64,000 nucleotides of DNA, taken from the NCBI GenBank assembly GCA_965228735.1, contig OZ245838.1, forward strand, positions 384,001-448,000, given 5' to 3'. The notes beneath the pieces were generated by a model. The model saw only the letters and a program-made list of their open reading frames with translations, ran no database searches and was not told the origin of the DNA. The stretch comes from Planctomycetota bacterium (GTDB lineage Bacteria > Planctomycetota > UBA1135 > UBA2386). Every line of letters starts with the position of its first letter. Position 1 is the stretch's first letter. Of the stretch, positions 18,505-28,688 are shown in pieces. The position numbers were made by a program, and so were the translations under genes.

Positions 18505-20199
18505 TCAGCAGCGCGGGCCGCGTTGAATGCGGCGCGACAGCCGGTCGATCCCGACCGTGAGCAGCACGATGGCGAGGAGGAACGTGGCCGCGCGGCCCAT
18601 GGCACCGTGCGCCAGCGAGGCGCGGAACAGATGACCGATGCCCGGGGCGCCGACGATGCCGAGCACGACGCCGGTGCGGACGTTGGATTCGAACTGGAAC
18701 AGCGCGTAGGTCCGCCAGTCCGTTCGGCTCAGCGGGAACGCGCCGTAGAGGAACGTCGTCAGGCGACTCGGCGCGTTCACGTGCTCGAGGCGTTGATACG
18801 CTACGTTGTCGACGGTCTCCGTGAACACGCGTGCGAGCAGGCCAGTGCTGTGCAGCACGAGCGCGAACAGCGCGGCTTCGATGCCCGTGAGGAAGAACAG
18901 GGCGAAGATCCAGACCCATGCGACCTCGGGCACGCCGCGCAGGACCACGGCGAGTGCGCGCGTGACCGTGACGAGCACGGTGCGCCACGCTCGCAAGAGG
19001 AGCGGGCGATGCTCGGGGGCGAAGCGTTGCGAGTGGAGTTGGAACGAGGCCGAGCCCCACCAGGCCATCGCGGCAGCCAAGGCGCACGCGAGCAAAGTGG
19101 CGAGCACTCCCAGGGCGATCGGCACGATCAGGCCATGGAGCGCTTCACCGAGGGTCGCGAGGCCGAAGTCCGGGACGAGAAGCTGGCCGAAGTGCTCGCG
19201 CAGGTACCGCAGATCGAGGCGTCCGAGTTCTTCGCCGAGGCGCAGGATCGGCTGTCGGATCCGATAGAGGCTCAGTCCGATGACTGCCGCGATGGCGCAG
19301 CCGGCGAGCAGGCGACCGCGGCGGGCCTGGGCGAGCGAGCTCGTGCGTTCGCGGCGCAGCAGCCGTCGCAGCAAGTTGCTCAGGATGTCCGCGCTCATCG
19401 TGACGACGAGCGCTGCGCCGAGCAACGTCACCGCGCGGTCCTTGTTGTCGTAGCTCAGCTCCTGCAGGATCGCGGCACCGAGGCCGCCGCCGCACACCGC
19501 GCCGATGACCGACGCGTTCCGCACGGCGCACTCGAACCGCATGAGCAGGAACGAGAGCATGCCGCGGCCCGCGAGCGGTTGAGTGCTGTAGAGCAGGACG
19601 TGCAGCCGGCCCGCGCCGGTGGAGCGGAGCATCTCACCGTTTGCCCGCGGCACGCCGTCCCAGAGCTCACTGAAGATCTTGCCGAGGATGCCCGCGACGT
19701 GGACGGCGATCGCGAGCACCGCGGTGATCGCGTTGGGGCCGAAGATCGTGAGCAGCACGAGCGCCCAGGCGAAGTCCGGGACGCCGCGGAGCGCGTCGAG
19801 GACGAACCTCGCGACCTCGCGAATGGCGACCCGCAGCCCGTGACCCAGTCCGCGCCCCAATCCGCGCCGGCGGGCGTCGCCTTCGTCCAGGACCGCCGCG
19901 CTCGCCAGCACGGCGAGGGGGTAGGCGAGCACGAGTCCGAGACCGACGCCGAGCACGGCAATGGCGAGCGTCTCGGCCGCGAGCTCGGCAGCGAGCCCGA
20001 GCGTGCGGGCCGACAGGTCCGGCGCCGCGAAACCCTGCAAGAACGACAGCAGCCGCGTCCAGGCCGACTGCCAGCCCTCGGTCGTCGCGAGATGGCTGAG
20101 GTCCCACGGCAGCGCGACGAAGCTCAGTGCGATCGCACCGAGCAGCGCGAGCCAGAGCCAGCTGACGCGCGGCGAACGCACGGGCGGGACGCTGCTCAA
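18505..20199 (-). CDS. PhnE/PtxC-type ABC permease with two fused permease domains
   Basis: Two repeats of LRGVP(D/E)...FE(C/S)xVR...G(A/I)VxxxG(L/I)G. Confidence 0.88.
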   Translation of the reverse strand: MSSVPPVRSPRVSWLWLALLGAIALSFVALPWDLSHLATTEGWQSAWTRLLSFLQGFAAPDLSARTLGLAAELAAETLAIAVLGVGLGLVLAYPLAVLASAAVLDEGDARRRGLGRGLGHGLRVAIREVARFVLDALRGVPDFAWALVLLTIFGPNAITAVLAIAVHVAGILGKIFSELWDGVPRANGEMLRSTGAGRLHVLLYSTQPLAGRGMLSFLLMRFECAVRNASVIGAVCGGGLGAAILQELSYDNKDRAVTLLGAALVVTMSADILSNLLRRLLRRERTSSLAQARRGRLLAGCAIAAVIGLSLYRIRQPILRLGEELGRLDLRYLREHFGQLLVPDFGLATLGEALHGLIVPIALGVLATLLACALAAAMAWWGSASFQLHSQRFAPEHRPLLLRAWRTVLVTVTRALAVVLRGVPEVAWVWIFALFFLTGIEAALFALVLHSTGLLARVFTETVDNVAYQRLEHVNAPSRLTTFLYGAFPLSRTDWRTYALFQFESNVRTGVVLGIVGAPGIGHLFRASLAHGAMGRAATFLLAIVLLTVGIDRLSRRIQRGPRC

Positions 20200-20993
20200 G
20201 CCTCCGCGGGCCCCGTGGCGATGGCGTTCTGGGGATCGACGGTCGCGAACTCGGCGCCGTAGACCTCGCGCAGGATCGCCTCGTCGACCGCGCTCGGTTC
20301 GCCCTGCCAGTGCAGGTGGCCGGATCGGAGGGCGACGACGCGATCGAACCCGCGGTCCAGGAGGTCGAGGCTGTGCAGGCTGACGAGCAGCGTCGCACGA
20401 CGTTTCGTCGCCAGATTCAGCAACAGGTCGACGACCTGTTGTCCGAGCCGGATGTCGAGCGCGCTGATCGGCTCGTCCGCGAGAATGGCGTCGGGTTCCT
20501 GCACGACGAGCCGGGCGATCGCGACGCGTTGCCGTTCACCGCCCGACAGCTCGTCCGGGAGCGCCCAGAGTCGTTCCTCGAGCTCGACGTGACGCAGCGC
20601 CGCGCGCGCGCGGTCGAGGTCGCCGGGAAAGAGCAGGTTCCACGCGGCGCGGAACGTCGAGATGTGCCCGAGCCGCCCCATGAGCACGTTGTGCGCGACG
20701 CGCAGCGGCGCGATGAGGTTGTCCTGCTGCCGCAGGAATCCGACGCGCCGCCGCAGGTGCCGCAGCGCGCGACCGCCGAGCTGGCTCGCGTCCTCGCCGA
20801 GCGTGCGCACGGTGCCCGAGTCGGGCCAGAGGCTGGCGCCGAGCAGCCGCAGCAGTGTCGTCTTGCCTGAGCCCGAGGGGCCGATGAGCGCCACCTTCTC
20901 ACCGGCTTCGATGCGCAGATCGATGCCGTCGAGGATCGCGCGGCCGCCGGCGTGCACGGTCGCGCCGCGCAACACGAGGGTCGGCGACGCCAC
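20196..20993 (-). CDS. PhnC-type ABC transporter ATP-binding protein
   Basis: GPSGSGKT, LSGGERQR, ADEP, SLH. GTG start overlaps the upstream TAG. Confidence 0.9.
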   Translation of the reverse strand: MASPTLVLRGATVHAGGRAILDGIDLRIEAGEKVALIGPSGSGKTTLLRLLGASLWPDSGTVRTLGEDASQLGGRALRHLRRRVGFLRQQDNLIAPLRVAHNVLMGRLGHISTFRAAWNLLFPGDLDRARAALRHVELEERLWALPDELSGGERQRVAIARLVVQEPDAILADEPISALDIRLGQQVVDLLLNLATKRRATLLVSLHSLDLLDRGFDRVVALRSGHLHWQGEPSAVDEAILREVYGAEFATVDPQNAIATGPAEA

Positions 20994-21892
20994 TACTTGA
21001 GCAGCCCCTTTGACTGGAGCCCCGATACGACGTCGCGGATCATCTGCCACTGCGACGACTCGGCCGCCACGAACTTCTCGGCCTTGAACGCGGCGAGCAT
21101 CGCCGCGTGCTCCGGCTTGCCGGGATCGAGCTTCGTGAACGCCGCCTGGATCCTGCCGATCAGATCACTGCCGAGGCTCTCACGCGCGACCATGCAGTAG
21201 TCGACGTAGGTCGGGGTCTCGTAGATCTTGACCGCCTGCTGCTTCTTCTCGGCGCTCGCGAGCTCGTACGTCGTGTAGTTGACCGCGCCGACGTCGACGC
21301 GGCCGTCCGCCACCATGTCGAGCGTGAGCGTGTGGTTGTCCTGGTTCTTCGCGCCGCCCTTCACGCCGTTCTCCGGGTCGATGCCGGCCGCCGCCATGAA
21401 GTGACGCGGCATGATGTGACCCGACGTCGAGCGCAGGTTGCCGAACGTGAACGTCAGGTCCTCGAGCTTGGGTGCGAGATCCTCGAGGCTGTCGACCTGA
21501 CCGACTCGGCCCGCGTCCACGACGGCGCGGTTGGCGATGAAGTAGGTCTTGAACTGCAGATCCTTCGCGCGCGTGGCGATCATCCGGGCCTCGCCGGCGC
21601 ACGCGTCGACGGCGTCGACGCCGGTCACGCCGCCGAACCACCCGAGGTCGATCTTGTTGCTGCCCATCATCGCGACCGCGGCGTCGTAGTTCGTCGCGTT
21701 GATGTACTCGACCTTCATCCCGAGCTCGTTGCCGAGGTAGTCCTCCACGGCCCGGGCCAGTGCGTCGATCTCGGTGCCCTTGCTGTCGGGAATGCCGGAC
21801 ACGCGGAGAACGGCGTCGGCTTCGGCATCGGCGCCGCAGGCGACGAGACCGAGGAGCACGGCCATCGCGGCCGGGGTGGCGAGCTTGATCAT
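20993..21892 (-). CDS. PhnD-like lipoprotein substrate-binding protein (resembles the 'putative selenate ABC transporter' SBP family)
   Basis: Lipobox LVAC; SGIPD, WFGGVTGV, FKTYFIAN, TFTFG..STSGHIMP. Confidence 0.8.
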   Translation of the reverse strand: MIKLATPAAMAVLLGLVACGADAEADAVLRVSGIPDSKGTEIDALARAVEDYLGNELGMKVEYINATNYDAAVAMMGSNKIDLGWFGGVTGVDAVDACAGEARMIATRAKDLQFKTYFIANRAVVDAGRVGQVDSLEDLAPKLEDLTFTFGNLRSTSGHIMPRHFMAAAGIDPENGVKGGAKNQDNHTLTLDMVADGRVDVGAVNYTTYELASAEKKQQAVKIYETPTYVDYCMVARESLGSDLIGRIQAAFTKLDPGKPEHAAMLAAFKAEKFVAAESSQWQMIRDVVSGLQSKGLLK

Positions 21893-21956
21893 CGCGGGCA
21901 GTAGAGCGGATCGCCCGCGGGAGCGCACGATGGTGCTCGGTTTGTTCCAGGGGCGA

Positions 21957-24038
21957 CTACTTCTGGTGGACGAGCCAGACGAAGCCCGCGTTGGCGCTCG
22001 TCATGAACGTCTGCTTCTCGGTCTCGAGCGCGTCGAGTCGCTCGTCGTCGTCCTTCGCGACGGCCTGCTCGTAACGCGGTTGCCAGTCACGATGCCGCGC
22101 GCGGGCGTCGTCGATGCCCAGTCCTTGCCCGGGTCGGTGCACGACGAACGTGTCGCCGAGCAAGAGGTCGAGCTTGCCGTCATCGTCGACGTCCGCGACC
22201 CAGACCCGCGTCGAGTTCTGCGGCGTTCGAACGTGGGAGTCGCCGAACCGCAGCTCGAAGTCGTCGTCGAAGCCGCGCGGCTCGACGAGCGTCTCGCGAG
22301 GATCGAATCGCGGCGCGATCGCGCTCCCCACGTTGCGGAACAGGAACGCGCCGCCGGCCATCGACCCGCTCACGAGGTCCTGGTCGCCGTCGCCGTCCCA
22401 GTCGACGAAGCACGGGTCGCTGTGGCGGTCGACCATGAGCGGTGCGCCGTTCCGCTCGAGCCACGTGCTCGTCGTGGCGAAGCCGCCGTCCGCCTGGCCG
22501 CGAAACAGCGCGAACGATCCGTGCATGTTGCCAGCGACGATGTCGAGGTGCCCGTCGCCGTTCAGGTCGACGGCGAACGCGCGGGTCGCGAAGCGATAGA
22601 GGTCGGGATCGCGGCCGGACCCCGGCGTGATCCGCAGCGGCTGGCCATCGACGCCGGTCACCGCCTCGGGTGCTGCGAACGTGCCGTCCGCGCGCCGGTG
22701 CAGCGCGTAGAACAAGCCCGCGTTGGGCGCCTCGTCACACGCATACGAGCCGGACAGCAGGTCGGCGCGACCGTCCCCGTCGAGATCCACGAACTGTGGA
22801 GTCGAGCTCGTGCATCAAAAGACGCCCGGGATCTCGGCGGGTCGGCCGTCGGCCTGGAGCCAGTGACCGGCGCCGAACGAGCCGTCCGGCTGGCGTGGAT
22901 ACACGCGAACGCGGCCATCCTTGAACTGGCCGACGACGAGGTCCGCGCGGCCGTCCGCGTCGACGTCGTGCAGGCAGGGCGCGGCGTAGCCCGGGTGGGG
23001 GACCCGAACCGGCTGTCCGCCCGCCATCACGCGGACCGGCGCGGCGAACGAAGTCCGCTTCGCGGTCGGGCGAACCGCCGTCACGACCCAGCGGCCGTCC
23101 GCGTCGGTGCGCATCGTGATCGCGACGGTGGGTGACGTTGCGAAAACGGTGCCGTCCTTCTCCTCCCGCAGCTCGAAGTCGGCGATCGTAGTCGCGGTCG
23201 GCGTCGCCGGCAGCTTCGCCGCAGCCAACTCCGGCGCGAGGAACGGGGTCACGATGCGGGTGTCCTCGCCGGCGCGGGCGCGCAGGAAGCCGCCCAGGAC
23301 CTGCCGGGCCGCGAACGTTCGGCCCGTCGACGCGCTCGCGCGGAACGCCATCGCGTGCTGCCACGGCAGGTCGTCGCACTCCTCCGCGGGCGCGAACCCA
23401 TGCGTCGCCATCTCCCGAATGACCTGCGCCTTGGTCATCATGTGCTCGGGCTTGATCGGCACCTCGGGATCCTCGGCGCGGAACTCGACGAGGACGACGC
23501 GCCCCTTCGGCTTCAGCGCGCGCCGCACGCGCTGCATCACCCGTACGGGGTGCGACAGCTCGTGGTAGACGTCGACCATGAGCACGAGGTCGCACGACGC
23601 CGCCGCGAGCTTCGGGTCGTCGACGGTCGCCTCGATGTAGTCGAGGTTGTCGAGGTCGCGATCCTGCGCGCGCCGCTTCAGCATCGTGAGCATCTGCGGC
23701 TGCAGATCGACGGCGAGCACCCGGCCGTCGTTGCCGACGGACTCGGCGAGCGGCAGCGTGTGGTAGCCGTTCCCGCAGCCGAGATCGCAGACGGCCTGGC
23801 CGGGTTGCACCGCGAGCCAGCGTCGCAGCAGCACGCCATTCTCCTCGTCCTCGCGCGTCTTGCGCATGAGCCAGCCGGCGCCGCTCCAGTGCATCGTGTG
23901 CGCGACTTCGCGACCGAGATACGATCGGCGACCGGTCTCGGTCGCCTCCGGGTCCTGGGGCGGGCGCGGCTCCTGCTGCGATCGTGCTGGTGGCAGGAAC
24001 AGCAGCATCGCGAGGCTCGCGCTCAGCGTCGGCAGCAT
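21957..24038 (-). CDS. SAM-dependent methyltransferase-FG-GAP repeat fusion with in-frame UGA (candidate selenocysteine) at 22815-22817; otherwise two ORFs, 22815-24038 and 21957-22790
   Basis: Methyltransferase motifs DLGCGNGY and VDVYHE. FG-GAP repeats (DVDADGRADL, DLDGDGRADL, DWDGDGDQDL) run in one frame across ...PGVF-TGA-CTSSTPQFVD. Confidence 0.75.
22780..22805 (-). promoter_or_regulatory. Putative bacterial SECIS hairpin
   Basis: mRNA UCGA-C-UCCAC-[AGUUC]-GUGGA-UC-UCGA. The apical loop starts 19 nt after the UGA and has G at position 2 followed by U. Confidence 0.6.
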
Positions 24039-24120
24039 GATGCTGGCAGGATATGGCGGGACGGCGCGGCGATGAAGGGGCACTGGTGCCCGGCGAGGGG
24101 TCGCGATTCTTCGCGACCGG

Positions 24121-25578
24121 TCACTCCTCGCTCGTCGATGCCGGCACCGCGTCGGCCGGCAGACCGCCACCGAGCGCCTTGAACAGCGCGATGAGATTGC
24201 TCGCGATCGCGGCGTCGCTGGCCGCGAGGTCGTCCTCGATCGTGGCGGCGCTGCGCTCGGAGTCGAGCACGGCCTGGAAGTCGCTGAGGCCCTCGCGGTA
24301 CTGCGTCTGGGCGAGCTCGACGGCGCGTCGGGCCTGGTTCGCCGCCGTCACGAGCGCGGCGCGGCGGGCGCGTTCGCGGACGAACGCGGTGATCGCGTTC
24401 TCGGTCTCTTCGATCGCGAGCAGCACGGCCTGTTCGTAGGCGATCTGCGCGGCCTCGGCGTTGGCCTCGAGGGCCTGGATGCGGTGCTTGAGCCGGCCGC
24501 CGTCGAACAGGTTCCAGCGCACGGACGGGCCGAACCCGCGTTGATCGCTGCTCTGGTCGAACACGTCCTTGGCGCTGTTCGCGGCCAGGCCGAGTTGCCC
24601 CGATAGCACGAACGCCGGATAGCGCTCGGCCTCGGCGACGCCGATGCGGGCGACCTCGGCGGCGAACGCGCGCTCGGCGCGACGCACGTCGGGACGGCGG
24701 CGGAGCAGGTCCGCGGGGGCGCCGATGGCGACGTCGGCGGTGACCTGCGGCATCCTCACGTTCTCGCCGTTGCCGAGCGCGGCCGGCAGGTCGGCGGGTG
24801 CGCGACCGAGGAGCACAGCGATGCGGTGCTCGGCGATCGCCGCGGCGGCTTCGAGCTGCGGCAGGCGCGATCGCGTCGTCTCGACGTTGGTGCTCGCTTG
24901 CGCGACGTCGCGCTCGCCGACGAGCCCGGCCGCGAGCCGGGCGCTGACGAGGTCCATCGTCTGCTGCTGCAGTCGCAGGTTCTCGTTCGCGATCGCGAGT
25001 CGGCGTTGGGCGGCGCGCAGGTCGACGTAGGCGCGGGCCACCTCGGCGGCAATGCTCAGCGCGACGGACTGCAGATCGAGCACGTTCGCCGCGAGTTCGG
25101 CATCGGCCGCCTCGACGGAGCGGCGAACGCGCCCCCAGAGGTCGAGCTCCCACGCCGCGTCGAAGCTCACGGAGTGGATATCGGTGCGCGGAATGAACGC
25201 GCCGAACGGCGTGTTGCGGCTCTCCTTGCGGTAGGTGTAGCTGCCGTTGCCGTCGAGCTGCGGCCAGAAGTCCGCGGCGGCGATGCCGCGTTCGGAGCGC
25301 GCGGCCGCGATGCGGGCGAGTCCCGCGCGCAGGTCGAGGTTCTGCTGCAGCGCGGTCTCGACGAGCTCGCCGAGGACCGGATCGTCGAACGCGCGCCACC
25401 AGGCGTCGTCGCTGACCGAGCCGTTCGTGAGACCGGCGGCCGATTCACTGCGCCAGTCCGATGGCAGTTCGAGCTCGGGCCGTTCGTAGTCGGGGCCGAC
25501 GGTGCATGCAGCCGTCAGTCCGGCGAGCAGTGCGGCGGCCCGCACGCGGGGTCGTCGTGGATTCGAGACAGGTGACAT
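24121..25578 (-). CDS. Efflux outer membrane factor (NodT/OprM family lipoprotein)
   Basis: ACTVGPDY lipobox, WWRAFDDP, WELDLWG, LFKALGGG. Confidence 0.95.
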   Translation of the reverse strand: MSPVSNPRRPRVRAAALLAGLTAACTVGPDYERPELELPSDWRSESAAGLTNGSVSDDAWWRAFDDPVLGELVETALQQNLDLRAGLARIAAARSERGIAAADFWPQLDGNGSYTYRKESRNTPFGAFIPRTDIHSVSFDAAWELDLWGRVRRSVEAADAELAANVLDLQSVALSIAAEVARAYVDLRAAQRRLAIANENLRLQQQTMDLVSARLAAGLVGERDVAQASTNVETTRSRLPQLEAAAAIAEHRIAVLLGRAPADLPAALGNGENVRMPQVTADVAIGAPADLLRRRPDVRRAERAFAAEVARIGVAEAERYPAFVLSGQLGLAANSAKDVFDQSSDQRGFGPSVRWNLFDGGRLKHRIQALEANAEAAQIAYEQAVLLAIEETENAITAFVRERARRAALVTAANQARRAVELAQTQYREGLSDFQAVLDSERSAATIEDDLAASDAAIASNLIALFKALGGGLPADAVPASTSEE

Positions 25579-28500
25579 CAGGCAAACTCCGGCTCGAGGT
25601 TGCTGGTGCTGGTGGCGTCCGGCGCGTCCGGTGCTTCGGCGCTCGCTGGGCGGCGCTGATGGTCGCGCGCGATCAGGATGTAGAACACGGGCACGATGAA
25701 CAGCGTGAACACCGTCCCGAGGAACATCCCGGAGACGAGCACGCGACCGATGCTGTTGCGGGCCTCGGCGCCCGGACCCGTGACGAACACGAGTGGCAGG
25801 TGGCCGAAGATCGTCGCCGCCGTCGTCATGAGCACGGGGCGCAGACGCGTCGCCGCGGCTTCCCGCAACGCCTCCAGCTTGCTCTGGCCGCGTTCTTGCA
25901 GCGTGTTGGCGAACTCGACGATGAGGATCCCGTTCTTGGCGATCAGCCCGACGAGCGTGATCAACCCGACCTGCGAGTAGACGTTGATCGTCGTCCAGTC
26001 GATGTAGGTGAAGACGAGCGCGCCGCTGATCGCGAGCGGCACCGAGCCGAGCAGCACGACGAGCGGATCGCGGAAGCTGCGGAACTGCGCCGCGAGCACC
26101 AGATAGACGAGCAGGATCGCGAAGAGCAACGTCGTGACGAGCGAAGACCCTTCGTTGCGGATCTGGCGGGACTCGCCGGCGTAGTTGATCGACACGTCGG
26201 GGCCGGCGACGGCGCGGGCCGCCTCCTCGAAGACGCGGAGGCCTTCCTCCTTCGTCACGCCGGGTGCGACGCCGCCGAAGATCTTCACGGCGTTGCGCTG
26301 CTGGAAGCGGTTCAGCGTGCGCGGCGCGGCGACCGCCTCGATGTCGACGAACGCCGAGACCGGGACGAGGTCGCCGGTCGGTGTCTTGATCTTGAGATCG
26401 AGCAACGGTCCGACGGTCGCTCGATCCTCGCGGCCGATCTGCGGGATGACCTTGTAGCTGCGGTCGTGGTAGTTGAAGCGGTTGACGTAGCCGCCGCCGA
26501 GCAGCGCGCCGAGCTCACTGCCGACGCTCTGCAGGTCCATGCCGAGGTCCGCGACCCGTTCGCGGTCGACTTTGACGCGCGCCTCGGGGCGATCGACCTT
26601 GAGGTTGGTGTCGACGTAGATGAACTTGCCGCTGGCCCAGCCGGCGCCGACGACCTGCATCGTCGTCGCGAGGAGGTCCTCGAGCGGCTGCGAACTCTGC
26701 AGCACGAGTTCGACGTCGTGCTGTCCCGAGGTCGGCAGTGGGGGATCGAGGCGGGGGAACACGCGGACTCCGGGGACCTGCGAGACGGCGCCGTAGAGGT
26801 GGCCGTAGAGCTCGGCGGTCGAGCGCTTGCGCTCCTTCCAGTCCTTGTTCACCATGCCGCCGAAGCCGCCCCAGTCGGCGACCAGCGACCACATGAACCT
26901 GGTCTCCGGCAGCGTGCCGACCTGTTCGACGACCTGCTTGGTGGCCTCGTCGACCGACTCGATCGTCGCGTCGGGCGCGACGTCGAAGAACAGGCTGACG
27001 TGGCTCATGTCCTCCGTCGGCGCCAGCTCGCGACGCGAGTCGGTGTAGAGCGGCCACGCGGCAAGCGCCATCAGGGTCGCGGCGGCGACGAGCGTCCAGC
27101 GGATCGACAACGCGAAGTCGAGCAGCCAGGTGTAGACCCCGCGGACCTTCGAGAACAGGTGATCGACGAGTCGGGTCAGGCGGGGCTGGCGGCCGTGCGC
27201 GCTGACCATCCACGAACTCATGACCGGTGACAACGTGATCGCGACGAGTCCGGAGACGAGCACCGCGGCCGCGAGCGTGATCGCGAACTCGAGGAAGAGC
27301 GCGCCCGTGAGGCCGCCCTGGAAGCCGATCGGCGTGTAGACCGCCGCGAGCGTGATCGTCATCGCGATGATCGGGCCGACGAGCTCACGCGCGGCCTCGG
27401 CCGCGGCCTGCATGCGCGACTTGCCCATCCGCACGTGCCGTTCGACGTTCTCCACGACGACGATCGCGTCGTCGACGACGAGGCCGACCGAGAGCACGAT
27501 CGCGAGGATCGTCAGCAGGTTGAGCGAGAACCCGAACGCGCCCATCACGACGGCTGCGCCGATGAGTGAGACGGGCATCGCGACGAGCGGCACGAGCGCC
27601 GTGCGCAGCGAGCCGAGGAACAGGAAGACGATGAGGCCGACGATCGCGATCGTCTCGGCCAGCGTCAGGCTGATCTCCGCGAGGGCGTCACGCATGAACA
27701 CCGTGCCGTCGTAGGCGAGCTGCATGTCGATGTCCGGCGGGAGTGCCTGGTCGAGGTTCGCCATCGCCGCCGTCAGCTCGGACTGCACCGAGATCTCGTT
27801 CGCGCCGACGAGCGGCCAGACGCCGAGGTAGACGGCGGGCTGATCGTCGTACTTCGCGATGAACGCGGGTTCCTCGGCGCCGAGCTCGACCCGGGCCACG
27901 TCGCGCAGGCGCACGACCGCGCCGCCGGCGTCACGAACGATCAGCTGCTCGAACTCGTCGACCGACCGCAGGTCGGTATCGGCGAGCAGGTTGACTTGCA
28001 CGAGGTTGCCCTTCGTCTGGCCGACGGCGGCGAGGTAGTTGTTGCGCTGTAGCGCCGCGTAGATGTCGCCGGGTGCGAGGTTCACGGCCGCGAGCTTGTC
28101 CGGGTCGATCCAGATGCGCATCGCGAGCGGGCGGCCGGCCTCGATCGTCACGCGCTGCACGCCCTCGACGGTCGCAAGCTGCGGCTGCGCGTTGCGGATG
28201 AGGTAGTCGGTGAGCTGCGACAGGCTGCGTTCGGTCGACGTGAAGCTGATGTAGAACGACGCGTACGGCCGATCCGCGCGCTGCACGGCGACCGACGGTG
28301 GTTCGGCTTCGGCGGGCAACTCGCTGCGCACCTGTTGCAGCTGCGCCGTGATCTCCGCGAGCGCGCGCGTCGTGTCGTAGCCGAGCTCGAGGCGGACGGT
28401 GATCGTGCTGACGCCCTGCCGGCTCTCGGACTCGACGTGATCGATGCCGCCGATCGACGCGACGGCGCGCTCGATCGGGGTCGTGAGGAACCCGCGCACG

Positions 28501-28676
28501 GTCTCGGCGTTGGCGCCGGTGTAGACGGTGGTGACGAGGATCGACGCGCTGTCGAGGCTCGGATACTGCTGCACGGGCAGCGTGGTCGCGACGCGCACGC
28601 CGACGAGGATCAGCGCGAGGTTCACGACCACGGCCAACACGGGGTGCCGGACGAAGACGTCGGTGATGGCTTTCAT
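25578..28676 (-). CDS. RND efflux permease (AcrB/MexW-like)
   Basis: GLVVDDAIVVVEN, AKNGILIVEFAN, RLRPVLMT; 1032 aa. Confidence 0.95.
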   Translation of the reverse strand: MKAITDVFVRHPVLAVVVNLALILVGVRVATTLPVQQYPSLDSASILVTTVYTGANAETVRGFLTTPIERAVASIGGIDHVESESRQGVSTITVRLELGYDTTRALAEITAQLQQVRSELPAEAEPPSVAVQRADRPYASFYISFTSTERSLSQLTDYLIRNAQPQLATVEGVQRVTIEAGRPLAMRIWIDPDKLAAVNLAPGDIYAALQRNNYLAAVGQTKGNLVQVNLLADTDLRSVDEFEQLIVRDAGGAVVRLRDVARVELGAEEPAFIAKYDDQPAVYLGVWPLVGANEISVQSELTAAMANLDQALPPDIDMQLAYDGTVFMRDALAEISLTLAETIAIVGLIVFLFLGSLRTALVPLVAMPVSLIGAAVVMGAFGFSLNLLTILAIVLSVGLVVDDAIVVVENVERHVRMGKSRMQAAAEAARELVGPIIAMTITLAAVYTPIGFQGGLTGALFLEFAITLAAAVLVSGLVAITLSPVMSSWMVSAHGRQPRLTRLVDHLFSKVRGVYTWLLDFALSIRWTLVAAATLMALAAWPLYTDSRRELAPTEDMSHVSLFFDVAPDATIESVDEATKQVVEQVGTLPETRFMWSLVADWGGFGGMVNKDWKERKRSTAELYGHLYGAVSQVPGVRVFPRLDPPLPTSGQHDVELVLQSSQPLEDLLATTMQVVGAGWASGKFIYVDTNLKVDRPEARVKVDRERVADLGMDLQSVGSELGALLGGGYVNRFNYHDRSYKVIPQIGREDRATVGPLLDLKIKTPTGDLVPVSAFVDIEAVAAPRTLNRFQQRNAVKIFGGVAPGVTKEEGLRVFEEAARAVAGPDVSINYAGESRQIRNEGSSLVTTLLFAILLVYLVLAAQFRSFRDPLVVLLGSVPLAISGALVFTYIDWTTINVYSQVGLITLVGLIAKNGILIVEFANTLQERGQSKLEALREAAATRLRPVLMTTAATIFGHLPLVFVTGPGAEARNSIGRVLVSGMFLGTVFTLFIVPVFYILIARDHQRRPASAEAPDAPDATSTSNLEPEFA

Positions 28677-28688
28677 TGCGACGGTCTC

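Noticed and set aside
18505..21892. Phosphonate degradation (phn) operon
   Set aside because: Only transporter genes are present; no C-P lyase or phosphonatase, so phn gene symbols were not assigned.
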